Below, one piece after another: positions 1-15,270 of a stretch of DNA of 64,000 nucleotides. Position numbers and translations under genes: made by a program. The notes beneath the pieces are model-generated. The model did not search any database and was not told the DNA's origin. It was given only the letters and a program-made list of their open reading frames with translations. Every line of letters starts with the position of its first letter. Positions within the stretch are counted from its first letter, which is position 1. This DNA comes from Eledone cirrhosa (Eukaryota). The stretch lies in contig OZ024749.1 in assembly GCA_964016885.1 (NCBI GenBank), positions 41,478,001 through 41,542,000 on the forward strand, given 5' to 3'.

Positions 1-929
1 CCTTTTCCTGGCATTTCAACATTTAGGGTGCAAAGTTCTGGGAATGTTTAGCATCACATGATTCAATATATCATCTTTTAATTTATTTATCATACATCAA
101 GGTTAACTTTGCCTTTCATCCTTACGGGTTCGATAAAATAAAGTTCCAGTAATGCACTGGAATAATTGCTGGCCTTGTGCCAAAAGTAGAAACAATTCAT
201 ATGTCCACACTGAGTAATATGTAAATAAGACCGTTATTGCTTCAACCTGTCCACAAGCATTCATTTCTGTTCAAACCAGCCACTGTTAATCAAACAACAG
301 GAACACTCATCATTGAAACTATTGCTCCATTTCTACATCTTTCCGTTCCTCAGTATCCATTCTCATTTGTGAGGATGTTACACAAATACCATTTTCTGCA
401 GAACAATAGAACTTTCTAGAACACCTTTCATGTCCTTTGTTCTTTATTAAAGTTGTTTAATTTAAATGTTAGCTGCATGTCAGGTTTTGTGTCTGTCACA
501 CACATATTTGACCTCTGGGTCAAAAGGTCAGTACTTGGAAACTTACTCTCTCAGGTTTCATTTGTTCTCCATTCAGACAGGTTTCATTTGTTCTCCATTA
601 AAACCAATTAATCATCTTTGATTCCTTGATTGGTTTGTGGCCATACTGGAACATCATCTTCAGGTACTTTAGTCAATTAATTCAAATCAATAATAATAAT
701 TGTTTCTACTTTTGGCACAAGGCCAGCAATTTGAAGGAAAGGGGTAAGTTGATTATATCAACCCAGTGTTGTCTAAAATGTAGAATATAGTGTAACATTG
801 TGTAGACAAAAACTGCTTGGAAGCCTTCTGAATGGACTGTACCAGCATTGAACTGCCCTTCAAATTCTTAGGTTTATATGTAAGGTAACAATCCACCATT
901 TTTGTTATAATTATAATTTTAACATTTAA

Positions 930-1137
930 CCCTTTAGCATTTAAACTGGCCTTATCCGGCCTGAATTCTCTCACCGCTTTCTGTTTAAACCAGCTGTAAC
1001 TGGCCACTCATACTGATGTTAAGGTATTGTTCTCAAAATAAATAATATCAAAATCTCATAGATTCGATATTATGTGAGGTAAAGGCTTTACCCTGAAAAT
1101 ATAATAGTAAATATAGAGTAATGTAAATGCTAAAGGG
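930..1137. mobile_element. piggyBac-type MITE; further copies at 5763-5970, 21156-21376, 47072-47279 and about 47386-47563
   Basis: TTAA target duplication, CCCTTTAGCATTTA terminal inverted repeats and a conserved internal sequence of about 210 bp. Confidence 0.8.
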
Positions 1138-1864
1138 TTAAAGTCCCATATGAAATACTGTAGTCTTCTAACAAACCACACTACATTAGATTTTCATGGG
1201 GATTGGGGTGACTTATATATGAACATATAAGGTGGTTAATAATCTGTTCTATTGATTGATTGGTTAAATATTAATACTAACAAATAATTGTTTCTACGTT
1301 TGGCACAAAGCCAGCAATTACCCAGTGTATTACTGGTACTTTATTTTATTGACTCCTGCATGTGTGTATGTGTGCTGTTTAGATGGCATAGTGGGTGTGG
1401 TGTGTTGTGTGTAATAGGGGGGATGGTGATGTGGGGTGTTGGCAGGGCATAGTGGTGTGGAATGGGGATTGTATTTAAGGTGCATAGCAGGGAGGGGTAG
1501 TATGTGTGTCCAGAGCAGAGCAGAATGGGTTTATTGAGTAGCAGGGTGTATGCTGTGTTGAATGTGCAGGGCCTAATGAGAGGGAAGGTGGAGTGGGGTG
1601 GTGGGGTGGTACAGATACATATTAATTCATTCACAACTAGCCACCAGTGTGTCATGAATGATGGCTAGACCCCCCTCCCTCCCTCCCTCCCTCCCTTCCT
1701 ATCCACACTACTCTCTGACAACTGACTTTCAATGTATGACTTGATGATCTGGTGGTGGTGGTGGTGGTGTATGTGATGAGGACACTGGGATGAGTGGGGC
1801 AAGGTACCAGATATAAATTGTCAAGCTGACTGGCCCTTCACACAGCTGGTCATTAGTCATGTCC

Positions 1865-2660
1865 TTTGAGGTGGTAGTGGTGGTGGCTGCAATGATGGTG
1901 GTGGTGGTGGCTACAGTGGCTGTGATGGTAGTGGTGGTGGTGTCAATAGTAGTAGTGGTGGCTGCAATGGTGATGGTGGTGGTGGTGGCTACAGTGGCTG
2001 TGATGGTAGTGGTGGTGGTGGTGTCAATAGTAGTGGTGGCTGCAATGATGATGGTGGTGGTGGTGGCTACAGTGGCTGTGATGATCGAGGTAGTGGTGGT
2101 GGTGGTGTCGATAGTAGTAGTGGTGGCTGCAATGGTGATGGTGGTGGTGGTGGCTACAGTGGCTGTGATGATCGTGGTAGTGGTGGTGGTGGTGTCGATA
2201 GTAGTAGTGGTGGTTGCAATGGTGATGGTGGTGATGGTGGCTACAGTGGCTGTGATGGTAGTGGTGGTGGTGTCAATAGTAGTGGTGGCTGCAATGATGA
2301 TGGTGGTGGTGGTGGCTACAGTGGCTGTGATGATCGAGGTAGTGGTGGTGGTGGTGTCGATAGTAGTAGTGGTGGCTGCAATGGTGATGGTGGTGGTGGT
2401 GGCTACAGTGGCTGTGATGATCGTGGTAGTGGTGGTGGTGGTGTCGATAGTAGTAGTGGTGGCTGCAATGGTGATGGTGGTGGTGGTGGCTACAGTGGCT
2501 GTGATGGTAGTGGTGGTGGTGTCAATAGTAGTGGTGGCTGCAATGATGGTGGTGGTGGTGGCTACAGTGGCTGTGATGATCATGGTAGTGGTGGTGGTGG
2601 CTACAGTGGCTGTGATGATCATGGTAGTGGTGGTGGTGGCTACAGTAGCTGCAATGATGG
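1865..2660. repeat. GTG-rich compound minisatellite (about 60-70-nt higher-order unit)
   Basis: Recurring gtggctacagtggctgtgatg / gtcaatagtagt / gctgcaatg blocks. The poly-V and poly-T ORFs are artefacts. Confidence 0.9.
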
Positions 2661-3554
2661 TGGTACTGGTGCTATTGATACCATTGTGGTGGTGGTGGTG
2701 TCGATAGTGGGGGTGTTAGTGATGCCATTGGTGGTGGTGGTGGGGACATTGTTAGTGGTGGCTGTACTGGTGGAGGTGGTGGTGGTAGTAATGGTGTTGT
2801 TTATGGTGGTGGTGTTCATGGTGGCGGTAATGATGGTTGCACTGGTGTTGGTGGTGGCTGCACGGGGGAGGGGGGGTTGTTGTTGTTGTTGTTGGTGATG
2901 TCATTAATGATGATGTGGTGGTGGGGATAGTGTGAGGAACAGCTGTAATGGATCCAGTGATCTGATTGGTTGCTGAGGTGATGACGTAGTTTGAGAGGGT
3001 GGATACTGCAGAATTACCACTAAATGTTATGGTTGATGATGATGATGATGATGCTATTGTCTGTACTTCTGTTGTTGTTGTTGCTGTTTTTTTTAGCAGT
3101 GAATGGAGAGAGAAAGAGAAAGAGAGATGAGGGAATTACATCAGCTGACTCATAAGTTTGATATGTTGTACACACAGACACACGCAAACACACACATGCA
3201 GACACACACACACACACACAGACACACACACTCAAACACACACACATGCAGACACACACATACATACACACATACACACATACACACATACACACACACA
3301 CACAGGCACATACACACAGACAAACACACAGACACACAATATACACATGTATATATATATATATATATATATATACATGTGTGCATCACATGCACTACAA
3401 CTAGATACACACACCACTGCACTACACCATACCACACTTCATCACAGGACTGTACACCACTGGAAAACACTGTACTACACTATACATGTATACATACACA
3501 TTCACAAACACACCACACTACACTACACACACATACATGCAACAATACACCACA

Positions 3555-4874
3555 ACATACCACAGTACACAACAATACACCACACCAGAATACACTACAC
3601 TATACCACTCTACACTACACCACACTACACAACACAACACCATACCACACTATACCACACCACACTACACAACACCAGAATACACTACACTACAAAAACA
3701 CCACACTACACTATACCACACCATACAACACAACACCAGAATACACTACACTACACAACACCACACTACACTATACCACTCTACACTACACTACACAACA
3801 CCAGAATACACTACACAACACAACACCACACCATACCAGACTATATCACACTACACAACACCACACTACACTATACTACACTACACTATACCACTCTACA
3901 CTACACCACACTACACAACACCAGAATACACTACACTACACAACACCACACTACAGTATACTACACCATACCGCACTATACCACACTACACAACACCATA
4001 CTACACTATACTACACTCAACTACACTACACTACACTATACAACTCTACACTACACCACACTACACAACACCAGAATACACTACACTACACAACACCACA
4101 CTACAGTATACTACACCACACCGCACTATACCACACTATACTACACTACACAACACCACACTACACTATACTACACCACACCGCACTATACCACACTACA
4201 CAACACCATACTACACTATACTACACTATACTACACTACACTACACTATACAACTCTACACTACACCACACTACACAACACCAGAATACACTACACTACA
4301 CAACACCACACTACAGTATACTACACCACACCGCACTATACCACACTATACTACACTACACAACACCACACTACACTATACTACACCACACCGCACTATA
4401 CCACACTATACTACACTACACAACACCACACTACACTATACTACACCACACCGCACTATACCACACTACACAACACCATACTACACTATACTACACTATA
4501 CTACACTACACTACACTATACAACTCTACACTACACCACACTACACAACACCAGAATACACTACACTACACAACACCACACTACAGTATACTACACCACA
4601 CCGCACTATACCACACTATACTACACTACACAACACCACACTACACTATACTACACCACACCGCACTATACCACACTATACTACACTACACAACACCACA
4701 CTACACTATACTACACCACACCGCACTATACCACACTATACTACACTACACAACACCACACTACACTATACTACACCACACCGCACTATACCACACTATA
4801 CTACACTACACAACACCACACTACACTATACTACACCACACCGCACTATACCACACTACACTACACTACACTAT
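3555..4874. repeat. Pentamer (CACTA/CACCA/TACTA) satellite with a 60-bp higher-order repeat
   Basis: Identical 60-nt units at 4621, 4681 and 4741 and larger repeated blocks upstream. Confidence 0.92.
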
Positions 4875-4960
4875 GATACAAGCAGTTGTTACTAAATATG
4901 TGGTTGTTATTGTCGATGGTGATCATAATGGTATATTTATTGTTGTTGTTATTTACTACA

Positions 4961-5035
<75 letters not shown>

Positions 5036-5354
5036 TCACCATCATTGTCGTTTTACGTCTGTTCTTCCACGCTAGCATGGGTTCGACGGGTTGTCCTGTT
5101 GTGGACAATGTCCAGTCGGCTGACCTTGTCTTGCTCATACAGGAACTGATTCTGGCTTGATTTCTACAGCTGATTGCCCTTCCTAACACCAACCCCATTT
5201 ACAGTGTGTGCTGGGTGCTTTTTTGCCGTGGCACCTCCACGACCACTTTGCAGTGGGAGAGGGTGGGGGGGCATATTGTCTATATGCTTCAGCTTCGGCT
5301 TGTTCCTGTGAGGGGTATGCATATTTATATATATATATATATATACACATACAT

Positions 5355-5390
<36 letters not shown>

Positions 5391-7139
5391 GTATCATATA
5401 TAAAAGAGAATGTATATATATATCATATAAAATACATGGCAAACTGGCATATACCTTCCGAGGTACTCAGAGTTTTCCACAGCGAGTTGATCTTATATAT
5501 ATACATTTATCACTTGTACACACACACACACACACTAATATATGTTAGTTGTAGTAATTATTGATAGAATAAAGAGTACTCAAAATCCAGGGTAGGAGTA
5601 GGGGTAAAATATGAATTATTTGTTATGTATTTGTATATTACATACATTTTACAGTCAGTCCATTCAGCTGAAAAAGTAATACCAGTTATAACAGCTGGGG
5701 GAAAACACTGAATTGAACTGGTGTTCTCTCCAGAATGGAATCTTGTACTTTCCATCACTTAACCCTTTAGCATTTACATTACTCTATATATACTATTGCA
5801 TTTTCGTGGCAAAGGTTTTATCTCACATAATATCGATGCTATGCGATTTTAATAATAATTATTTTGAGAACAATACCTTAACATCAGTATGAGTGGCCAG
5901 TTAGGGCTGGTTTGAACAGAAGGAGGAGAGAGAATTCCGGCTGGATACAGCCGGTTTAAAATTTAAAGGGTTAAACTGGGATACAGTCTGACCTAATGAA
6001 CTTCTGGGCTTAGTATTGACTTTAATGGTTTCCCATCGACAACAGACTGGCATTCGATCTAGGGTGGGAAATCTTGTACTATCACCAATTAAACCGGAAT
6101 CTTCTCCAGACAAAAAGTGATCAATAAAATACGTGCCAGATTTAGAAAAAAAAGTATTGGTGTCGATATGATCTACTAAATCCCTTTAAGTTGGTACCCC
6201 AGCATGGCTACAGTTCACTGACTGAAACCAGTAAAGAAAATGAGTAAAAGAGACTCTCTGAGATAAACTACAATACGATAGAGATAGTTATGTCTGTATC
6301 TATGGTCAGTATTATTAAGTTAAGGTCAAGATGTCTTGACTTACTGCTTCTCGCTAATCATTGTTCATATTTGGTCATGTGTGGAGGGGGAATGAAAGAG
6401 GTGGTTGTGGTGGTGAAGGTGATGATGATAGTGGTGGCAGTGGTGATGGTAATGGTAGCAGTGATGGTGGTGGTGGTGGTGACGGTACTGGTGATGATGA
6501 TAGTGGTGGTAGTGGTAGGAGTGATGATGATGGTGGTGGTACTGGTGATGATAATGTTGCAGTGAAGAGATGATGGTGGTGGTGGCATTACTCGTGATGA
6601 TGGCAGTAACAGTGATGATGGTGATGGCAGAAGTGGTGATGATGGTTGTGGTGGTGGTGGTGGTGGCAGCTGTTGTGGTGATGGTGGTGATGGTGATAGT
6701 GAGGACTGTTTCTTAAGAGAAATCTTTTAGTTATCCTTTAGCTGGTTTCATTCAGTCATTGGACTACGACCATGTTGGAGCCACCCAACGATTATTTCAA
6801 CTCACACAGTACTTACTTTAATTTCGTACCTTATTTTATCGATATCTATTTGTTGAATGGCTAAGTTGCCTTTTTCTTTTTACATAAAGGGACATAACTC
6901 AATACACACACAAAAAACAACAACAACAAAAACACTTTGCTAGCAAGAAAAACGGACATTAAATGATGATAAAATTAATGTAAGCATAGGCATGGATGGC
7001 TGTGTGGTTAAGAAGTTCATTCTGCAACCACAGATTCTTGGGTTCTCTCCAACTGAGTGGCACATTGGTCAACTGTCTTTTACTATCACCTTAAGCCAAC
7101 CAATGTCGCAATGTATTGTTATTAGATTTAAAATAATAA

Positions 7140-7772
7140 TAATAATGAAATTATTGTGTAAAGTGCTCAGGTGCACTACAACTCGTCAATATAGTACATA
7201 GAATAATACACAAATGTCAGGGAAGTACATGTTTGTATGTGTTAGCTGTAGTGTTGGCGGATCTCGGGAAGCATGGAGGCCTTAAAGGATGCAGTGTCTC
7301 GACAGCTAACAACTGATGCAGGTAGTTTGTTCCATGCTTCAGCAACTCTGAGCGTGAAAAAATGTTTCCGAAAGTCATGGGAACTGTGCTGTTTTCTTAC
7401 TTTGTGGGCATGTCCACGTGTGTTAGACACATGGAAATCGAAAAGGCACTCAGGGTTGTTGTTGGCAACATGGTTAACAATTTTGTGGGTGTTTACCAAG
7501 TCAGTTGCCAGGCGTCGGAGCTTCAATGAATCCATGCCCAGGGAAGCAAGGCGCTCAGAGTATGGTAGATGCCTGATGGAGGGTATTCGCTTGGTTGCAC
7601 GTCTCTGAACAGTTTCCAGGCGGTCAATGTCCTGAGCAAGATAGGGGTTCCAGACTGGTGATGCAAATTCTAAGTGTGGTCGCACCATAGCTGTATACAG
7701 CCTTAAATAGATATCTGGAGAGCGGCTGACAAAGGTCTTGCTGAGTGATGCTAAGACACCCTCGGCCCTCAT
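7140..7772 (-). mobile_element. 5'-truncated CR1/L2-group LINE (ORF2 C-terminus, 3'UTR, (ATT)n tail)
   Basis: LYTAMVRPHLEFASPVWNPY..LETVQRRATKRIP..Y.ERL..FFTLRVAEAWNKLP. Confidence 0.85.
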
Positions 7773-7816
7773 TTAGGAGGCAAACTGTAAAGAAGACTGT
7801 ATATATAAATATATAG

Positions 7817-7849
<33 letters not shown>

Positions 7850-8196
7850 ATAGCTGCCCCCTTGTTATCGAGTATGGCTATTGCATGATATACCATTATT
7901 AATAATTATTAATTAATTATATTGTGCAATGCCTGTGCATGAAGTTTTTTTGAAAGTGAGGAAAGACTGTGCACTGAGCCAATCCCACTCTCTGAGTGAA
8001 AGTAGCTATAACCCAAAAAGAAGAAAAGATCAACATCATCGCTAACTACTGAGCTGCAGGTTTTATATCGGAGTTATCCCAGTTTCCTGAGTTGCCCTCT
8101 CCCAGTGAATTACTGGTGTTGGTACCAAAGCAAGCACTCTATGCACAGGCAGAGTGTATGTATTAGAAAAAATGAGGAAGTTATATTTTTTGTCAC

Positions 8197-8307
8197 ATCG
8201 GCAGTCTGAAGAGTAGATAGATTATGGGGGGTCAGGTCAGGTCAGGTCCATAACTCCTATGGGTGACCTTGTGCCAATCCTCTGCGAAACACGCGTAACA
8301 AGTCGAT
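8197..8307 (+). ncRNA. Type I hammerhead ribozyme motif with extended helix II
   Basis: atcggc-a-gt CTGAAGA gtaga...tctgc GAAA cacgcg TA | ac-aa-gtcgat. Helices I and II pair, triplet GUA, predicted cleavage after 8297. Confidence 0.7.
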
Positions 8308-8353
8308 TCCCACAATAAATATCTTATGCATGTAAACGAAACTTCCTTTTTTA

Positions 8354-8421
<68 letters not shown>

Positions 8422-8879
8422 ATATGAGATGGGTCAGAAAAGAAACAGGACTGTGGTTGCAAAAAAAAAATATTTCAAATCGAAACTACAAATTACTAGT
8501 TTTCCTATTCAACCTCAAGTCTAACGTACTTTCCCATCCTTCTCTGCCACAGCTCCATGTACTCTGGAAGGATTCTCTGCAGTTCTGTTGAAAAACCTGT
8601 GAGGGCAACACCGTCTCATCTCTGTACACCTACTGCAGTATTCTGAGTGCTTCTGATGGAGCATTCTCCAGCCAGACCAGACACTTCAGGCTAGTTTGTT
8701 GCTCTGTGCCCATTGTTTGACAGCCTGCAGAGAGCTGGGATTGCAGTTATATACTCCCAGGATATTACATATGTCATATGGTGACACAACCTGCTAATCC
8801 TTACCTCAGTCATAGTTCACACAGCACACTAAGTCCTGTTATTTTTCTGACACACCTCATATATCATATATACATAAAT

Positions 8880-8930
<51 letters not shown>

Positions 8931-9011
8931 CTATATATGTGTGGTTTCTGATTGTCATTGGTATTAATATATAGCTGAGTAAACCAAACCAAGGACTTTG
9001 GGGACACACAC

Positions 9012-9052
<41 letters not shown>

Positions 9053-11277
9053 CTTCCTCATTAATAAGTTATGGTTATTATAGAAGCTATAACTTGTTTT
9101 TACTGTGAATAACTCAGTTTTTATCTGATATAAACTCTCTAATTTAGTTATCTCTGACTGGGCTTCACCTGATTACATTCCATGTCTGTGAGACATCTTG
9201 TATATATTATAAAGTATTGTAAATTATTTACATCTTCCTATAGTTATCCAGATGATCATGATCCTGGTCCTGATAATAATATTTAGTCATGAAGATAGAG
9301 GCAGTGCCCATGACCCTTTTCAGGGTCTTGACTAATAGAAAGAAGAAAAGTAGGTAGGTATCCTCAAATTAAATGTTTCTACTTTTGGCACAAGGCCAGC
9401 AATTACCCCAGTGCATTACTGGTGCTTTATTTTATCGACCCCGTAAGGAGGAAAAGCAGAATTAACCTCGACAGGATTTCAACTCAGAACATAAAGGGCA
9501 AAGCATGGTGTCTGATGCTCTACCGATACTGCCAATCCACCACCTTTGTTTAATATAATTGTTTCTACTTTTGGCACAAAGCCAGCAATTACCCAGTGTA
9601 TTACTGGTACTTTATTTTATCGACCCCGTAAGGATGAAAGGCAAAGTTAACCTCGGCTGGATTTACAAATAATAATAATTGTTTCTACATTTGGCACAAT
9701 ATAATGTCTGAATACTTGCTTTAGAGTTGGGCCAGATGATTCCATTAACCCTTTTCTTGGTATGGTATGGTCCTGTAATCAGTGCTGGATTTAGGACAAA
9801 TGAGGCCCTGTGCTAGTTAAGTTATGAGGCCCCTTACTTGGGCCTTGAAGGATTTTGAGAACACAAAGAACCAGAACGAATACCACAAGGTACTGAGGCC
9901 CCTACTCTAATGATTCCACCAATCTACCAGACTCTACTGGAACTTTATTTTATCAAACTCCAGAGGGAGAAAGGCTAAGTTGACTTTGGTGAGATTTGAA
10001 CTCAGGGTGCAGAGAGCTGAAACAGATACTGCAAGAGGTGGTGGTGGTGGTGGTGGTAGTAGTAGTGATAGTGTTGTTGTAAAGTAGTAACTGTGGTAAT
10101 GATGGTGGTGTTGTTGTTTAGTAGTAGTGGTTGTGGGTGTGTTAGTGGTGGTGGTTGTGGAGGTGTTAGTGGTGATGGTGGTGGGGATGTTAGTAGTGGT
10201 GGTTGTGGGGATGTTATTAGTGGTGGTTGTAGCTGTGTTAGTGGTGGTGGGGTGTTATTTCATTGTGAATTCCACAACACTTTACTCAGTGTTCCACCCA
10301 TGTAAGGAATTAATTTAATTTAATGAGTGGAGAGGTATTGGGGAGGAGGAGAGGAGCATTTCACTGGCATTCCCATCACTACCACCACCACCACCACTAC
10401 TATCACACCACCACCACTACTATCACACCACCACCACCACTACCTTCACACCACCACCACTACTATCACACCACCACCACCACTACTATCACACTGCCAA
10501 CACCCCCACCACCACTATCAAAACGATTACCACCACTACTGCCACCACCACCACCACCACCATCACTACTGCCACTACCTGTACCCTTTCTTCATATTAG
10601 CCACACCCTAATCTCATTAGAAATATGTACCCAAGGGTACACCTTGTATTTATTTCTAACTTAGAAATGTCTAAACATATTTTTTTTTTTAATATCCATC
10701 ATCATCATTATCACTGTCATCATTTTACGTCCACTTTCCATTTTGGCATGGGTTGGACGGGATGTTACTCTCCAAGACTAGACAGGTTGGAGAAACCATA
10801 TCTAGCCCATAATTTGGTATGGTTCCTACAGCTGGATGTCCTCTCTTCCTAACGTCAACCACTTCACAGAGCGTACTGGGTGCATTTTATCATAACACCA
10901 ACACTAGAGAGGCTGTCAAGTCCTTGACAGGACCAAAGGATTCCTAGTGAAATTAATTACCTAGAGACGCCTTCTGCATGAAAATCAACTTAGTTATATA
11001 GATGCTAATTTAACAAGTCTGTCTACAGTTGACTGAATTAGTAAATGCTGATCATCATTGAAAGTGATGCAAGATCCAGCATTTGTAACATCCTGGCTTC
11101 ACCAGAATTATATACCAGTCTCTTATATGCATTTATTCCATAACACATTATGATATTCTATATACACAAACCACAACACATATTCTATATACACAAGCCA
11201 CAACACATAATATACTGTATACACAAGACACAACATATTTGCTCATATATACGCAAGCAACAAGACATTATGGTATA

Positions 11278-11491
11278 TGAGGGTCAGCTGAAAAGTTCAT
11301 AAGTTGAAACATTCAAAGGCTGACCAACATACCCTCATGGAATGACCAAATGAGGTTTATTTTTCAACATACTACCTGGAAAGTAACAAGGCAATTATTA
11401 ATAAGAAGGGATGAAATTAATGCATGCAAGATTTCACAGATTTAGCATCACCCCTTCACAGTCAGCCCATGAACTTTTCAGCTGACCCTCA
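11278..11491. mobile_element. Tc1/mariner-type MITE
   Basis: 23-bp perfect TIR tgagggtcagctgaaaagttcat / atgaacttttcagctgaccctca, flanked by TA on both sides. Partial copy near 36790-36860. Confidence 0.8.
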
Positions 11492-13095
11492 TATACACAA
11501 ACACCAACGCATAACTATATGATATACACACAAGCCACAGCGCATTATATATACACAAGCCACAGAACATTATATATACACAAGCCACAGCATATTATGT
11601 TCTACATATAGACAAGTGTTTATGTAAATTTACAGTTTACATCCTGTATAATGACCACATTCTAGTCTTAATGGAAACAACTTTCAACAAGTACATCCTT
11701 GAATCACTTTAAAACCAGGAAAAACTTCTATATACAAAGTACCCTACTATTTCTCTCTCTCTCTCCACCATGTTTGCTAGATCTTATCATCATTAAAGAC
11801 CACACACCATCTTAACCCCTTTTGACACTAAACCACCTGGAACCAGTTCAAACCACCCTTGGTTCTACAATACAAAACTATTTATTTTAGAGAATGTTTA
11901 TATTTATCTAAAATCTTTCCATTATAATTTTATGTAAGAACCTTTAAGTTATGTTCCAAACACCAGATTAATAATGTTTTCTGATTTAGGTACAAGGCCA
12001 ATAATTTTAGGGGAGGGAAAAGTTGATTAAATTGACACAAGTGTGTTACTGGTACTTTATTTTATCAACCCTGTGAAGATGAAAGACAAAGCTAACTTTG
12101 GGAGGATTTGAACTCAGAACATAAAGGGCTGTAACTCAATGCCACAAAGCATGTTGTCCGGCATTCTACCGATACAGCCAATCCACTGCCTTTGGCAGAA
12201 TAGGTAGGGCGTTGGACCAGATTAATAATGAGAGTGTTAGTTAAATCTTTTGATACCAACCTACCGAAAACCACCCTTGGTTGAGTTATGTCCCAAATAA
12301 CAGATTAATGTGAAATTTATTATATTACATTACTAAATCTCTTTAAATTCTCGACTATTTTCAAAACTATTTGAAAATCATAATTGATGATGGTAATGAT
12401 GATGATGAAAATGGTGGCGGTGATGGTGAAAAAGATGATGATGGTGGTAGTTCTGGTGGTGGTGTTGGTAGTGGGTGATTGAGGTGGTGGTGACAGTAAT
12501 GGTAATAATATATAACTAGTCAGTTGATACATATTGACTGAGGTGATAGTGGTGGTGGTGGTGTTCGTGGTGGGGGTTGTAGTGGTGGTGGTGTTGGTAG
12601 TGGTGGAGGTGGTAGTGGTGGTGGTGTTGGTAGTGATGGAGGTGGTGGTAGTGGTGGGGGTGGTGTTTGTGGTGGGGGTTGTAGTGGTGGTGGTGTTGGT
12701 AGTGGTGGAGGTGGTGGTAGTGGTGGTGTTGGTGTTTGTGGTGGAGGTGGTAGTAGTGGTGGTGTTGGTAGTGGTGGAGGTGGTAGTTGTAGTAAATATA
12801 TTGATGTGTATACAAGCAATCAGTTGGTAGATGTTGACTGGCTGAAAAAGTTTTCATGTTGAAAACTTCTCTGAAAGTAAACATTTTCTCCGTGTACAGG
12901 TAGCAACTTAGAAATTATGTTTACACATAAAAATAACATCATATGTACAATCACACACATATACATGCATACATGTACACACATAACAATAACATCATAA
13001 TATATATATATATATATATACATATACACATATATACATACACACATATATACACACATATATACGTATACATATACATACACACACATATATGC

Positions 13096-13140
<45 letters not shown>

Positions 13141-15080
13141 GAGGATGAAAAGGGATCAGTACTGAACAGGTGAGAAAAGGACATCACTACCAGCACCCCT
13201 TCCACCACCAACACTACTGCCCTCATCAACACCACAGCTACCGCCACCGCCACCACCACCACTATTACCACCCCTACTACCACTACCACGCCTACTGCCA
13301 CCAGTACAAAACTAATAATTGTTTCTGCTTTTGGCTTGAGGCTAGCAATCAACCCAGTGTATTACTGGTACTTTATTTTATCGTCCCCGTAAGAACGAAA
13401 GGCCAAGTTAACCTCGGCGGAATTTGAACTCAGAAGGTAGATTCAAAATGTGTCGGGCCATAATTTGCCGGATTTGATATGTGAAACTATTATTCATTTT
13501 TAAAACTATTTATTTAATTGCTAAGTTTGTTGTTCTTTTTATTTACCCAAAGGGAGGTAACTCAAGCAGTTTAGACACTAACGTACACGACAATTTTCAT
13601 CTTTAAATTTTTTTATTTATTCTAGCTCATATATTTATCCTCTTTTTAATCAAATTCATGTCCCTTCCTAGCAAATCAACATTTTAACATATTATTCAAG
13701 TAAATTGATGTGTTTTTATGTATTCAATAACTACCTTGTTGTTGTTCATCTATTTATTGTTTCTCTGTTAAAGAAGGATTTACTTAAATATGAGCAATAT
13801 TACATTAATGTAAATTTAGCATAGGTTAGACGTTTTTGAATCCAGCACTACATGGTCAATACGTTTTGAATCAGCCTACATGTAGTATTATGCGTTGATG
13901 ACTTTATATTATACAAAAATACAAGAAGGTTATATGGAGGGGAATTTAAGTGCTCGCTCCACATGTTAAAATAGCAGCCAAATATCCCTCAATCTACTCC
14001 CAAATAGCTTCTTTAAAAATAAATAATGACAAGATGGTTATGGCTAGAACGCCATTGATCATTGGATAATAACTTGAGACTAAACGAGATCTTTCTACTA
14101 CTAGATAATACTAGAGTCTAACATAAATGTTGTTTCTCTCTCATACGAGTACTCTTTGTACTTACTAGTTCCTCGTCATCAAAATACAAACATGTTGTAC
14201 GCCATGTACAGTCTTAAATTAAACAAATTAAACAAAATTATAAATCTACATTTTGGAAAAAAAATATTACACTGGACGAAGGGAAATAACTTTACTAAAC
14301 ACTTTTTTTTTTCAATCATGGAAAGAAACTTGAAAACTGATTTCTGGAAACATTGTTTGGTTTCCTTAAGCAAGACTAGAGTTGGCATTGAATGCCTCAT
14401 TTAGTTAAGGGTGCAACTGTACTCAGTCTCTGAATACAGGTGTCAATGTTTCTGCGGTAAGTGATGTAACTTTGTAGGTGTTTCAGCCCTTCCACCTCGA
14501 CATCAGAACTTCTCAGGGCCACACACCAAATTAGGTGATGAAGCCCCTGCACAACAAACACAAATTTACATGATTCTGATGTTGTGACTCTGAGCAAGAA
14601 ATCTCCATCAACTTCAATGTGTCAGGTGTAACCAGATGTAATCACTCACTTTCTAAGCTGCCTCCAGTAATGTCCTTGAAAGGTGCTTCCTTTCTTTTGC
14701 TGCCAAAGGTCCCTAAGCAGTGAATCAACACTAATTCTGACAAATACTCTGATACCTATTTCTACAGAGTAACATGATTTCGTTCATCTGCTGGTTATAT
14801 ATAACTGTAAAGGCAGGGTGTCTCGTGCTTTACTGCTACTGCCAATCCACTGACAATAATAATAATAATTCTTTCTAATTTAAGCACAAGACAAAATTTT
14901 GGGGGAGAAGAAAATTGATTGTATCGACCCTATATATGACTGGTACTTTATCTAATCGAGGTAAAGATGAACTCAGAACATAAAGAGCTGGAACAAATAC
15001 TGCAAAACATTTTGTCCAATGGTCTAGCGATATATATATATTGCTTCCACATTTTAGCTACCATTATGTTTACTATATTA

Positions 15081-15270
15081 GGGCGGTGGATTGGCAGTAT
15101 CAGTAGAGGGTCGGACGCCATGCTTTCCAGCATAGTTACGTCCCTTTACGATCTGAGTTCAAATCCCGCCGAGGTTAACTTTGCCTTTCATCCTTACGGG
15201 GTCGATAAAATAAAGTACCAGTAATGCACTGGGTAATTGCTGGCCTTGTGCCTAAAGTAGAAACAATTAT
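15081..15270 (+). mobile_element. tRNA-derived SINE family 1 (about 190 bp); other copies at 49302-49491(+), 42580-42766(-), 32643-32837(-), 21483-21646(-), 9372-9545(-), 58464-58962(-, three copies) and many partials
   Basis: A box TGGCAGTATCGG-like, B box GAGTTCAAATCC, conserved body tttgcctttcatcc..gtcgataaaataaagtaccag, tail gtagaaacaattat. Confidence 0.85.

Noticed and set aside
1729-5160. Long ORFs (poly-V/T mucin-like, HYTT repeats, up to 685 aa)
   Set aside because: Open in several frames and on both strands because the satellites lack stop codons. No unique coding context or splice support.
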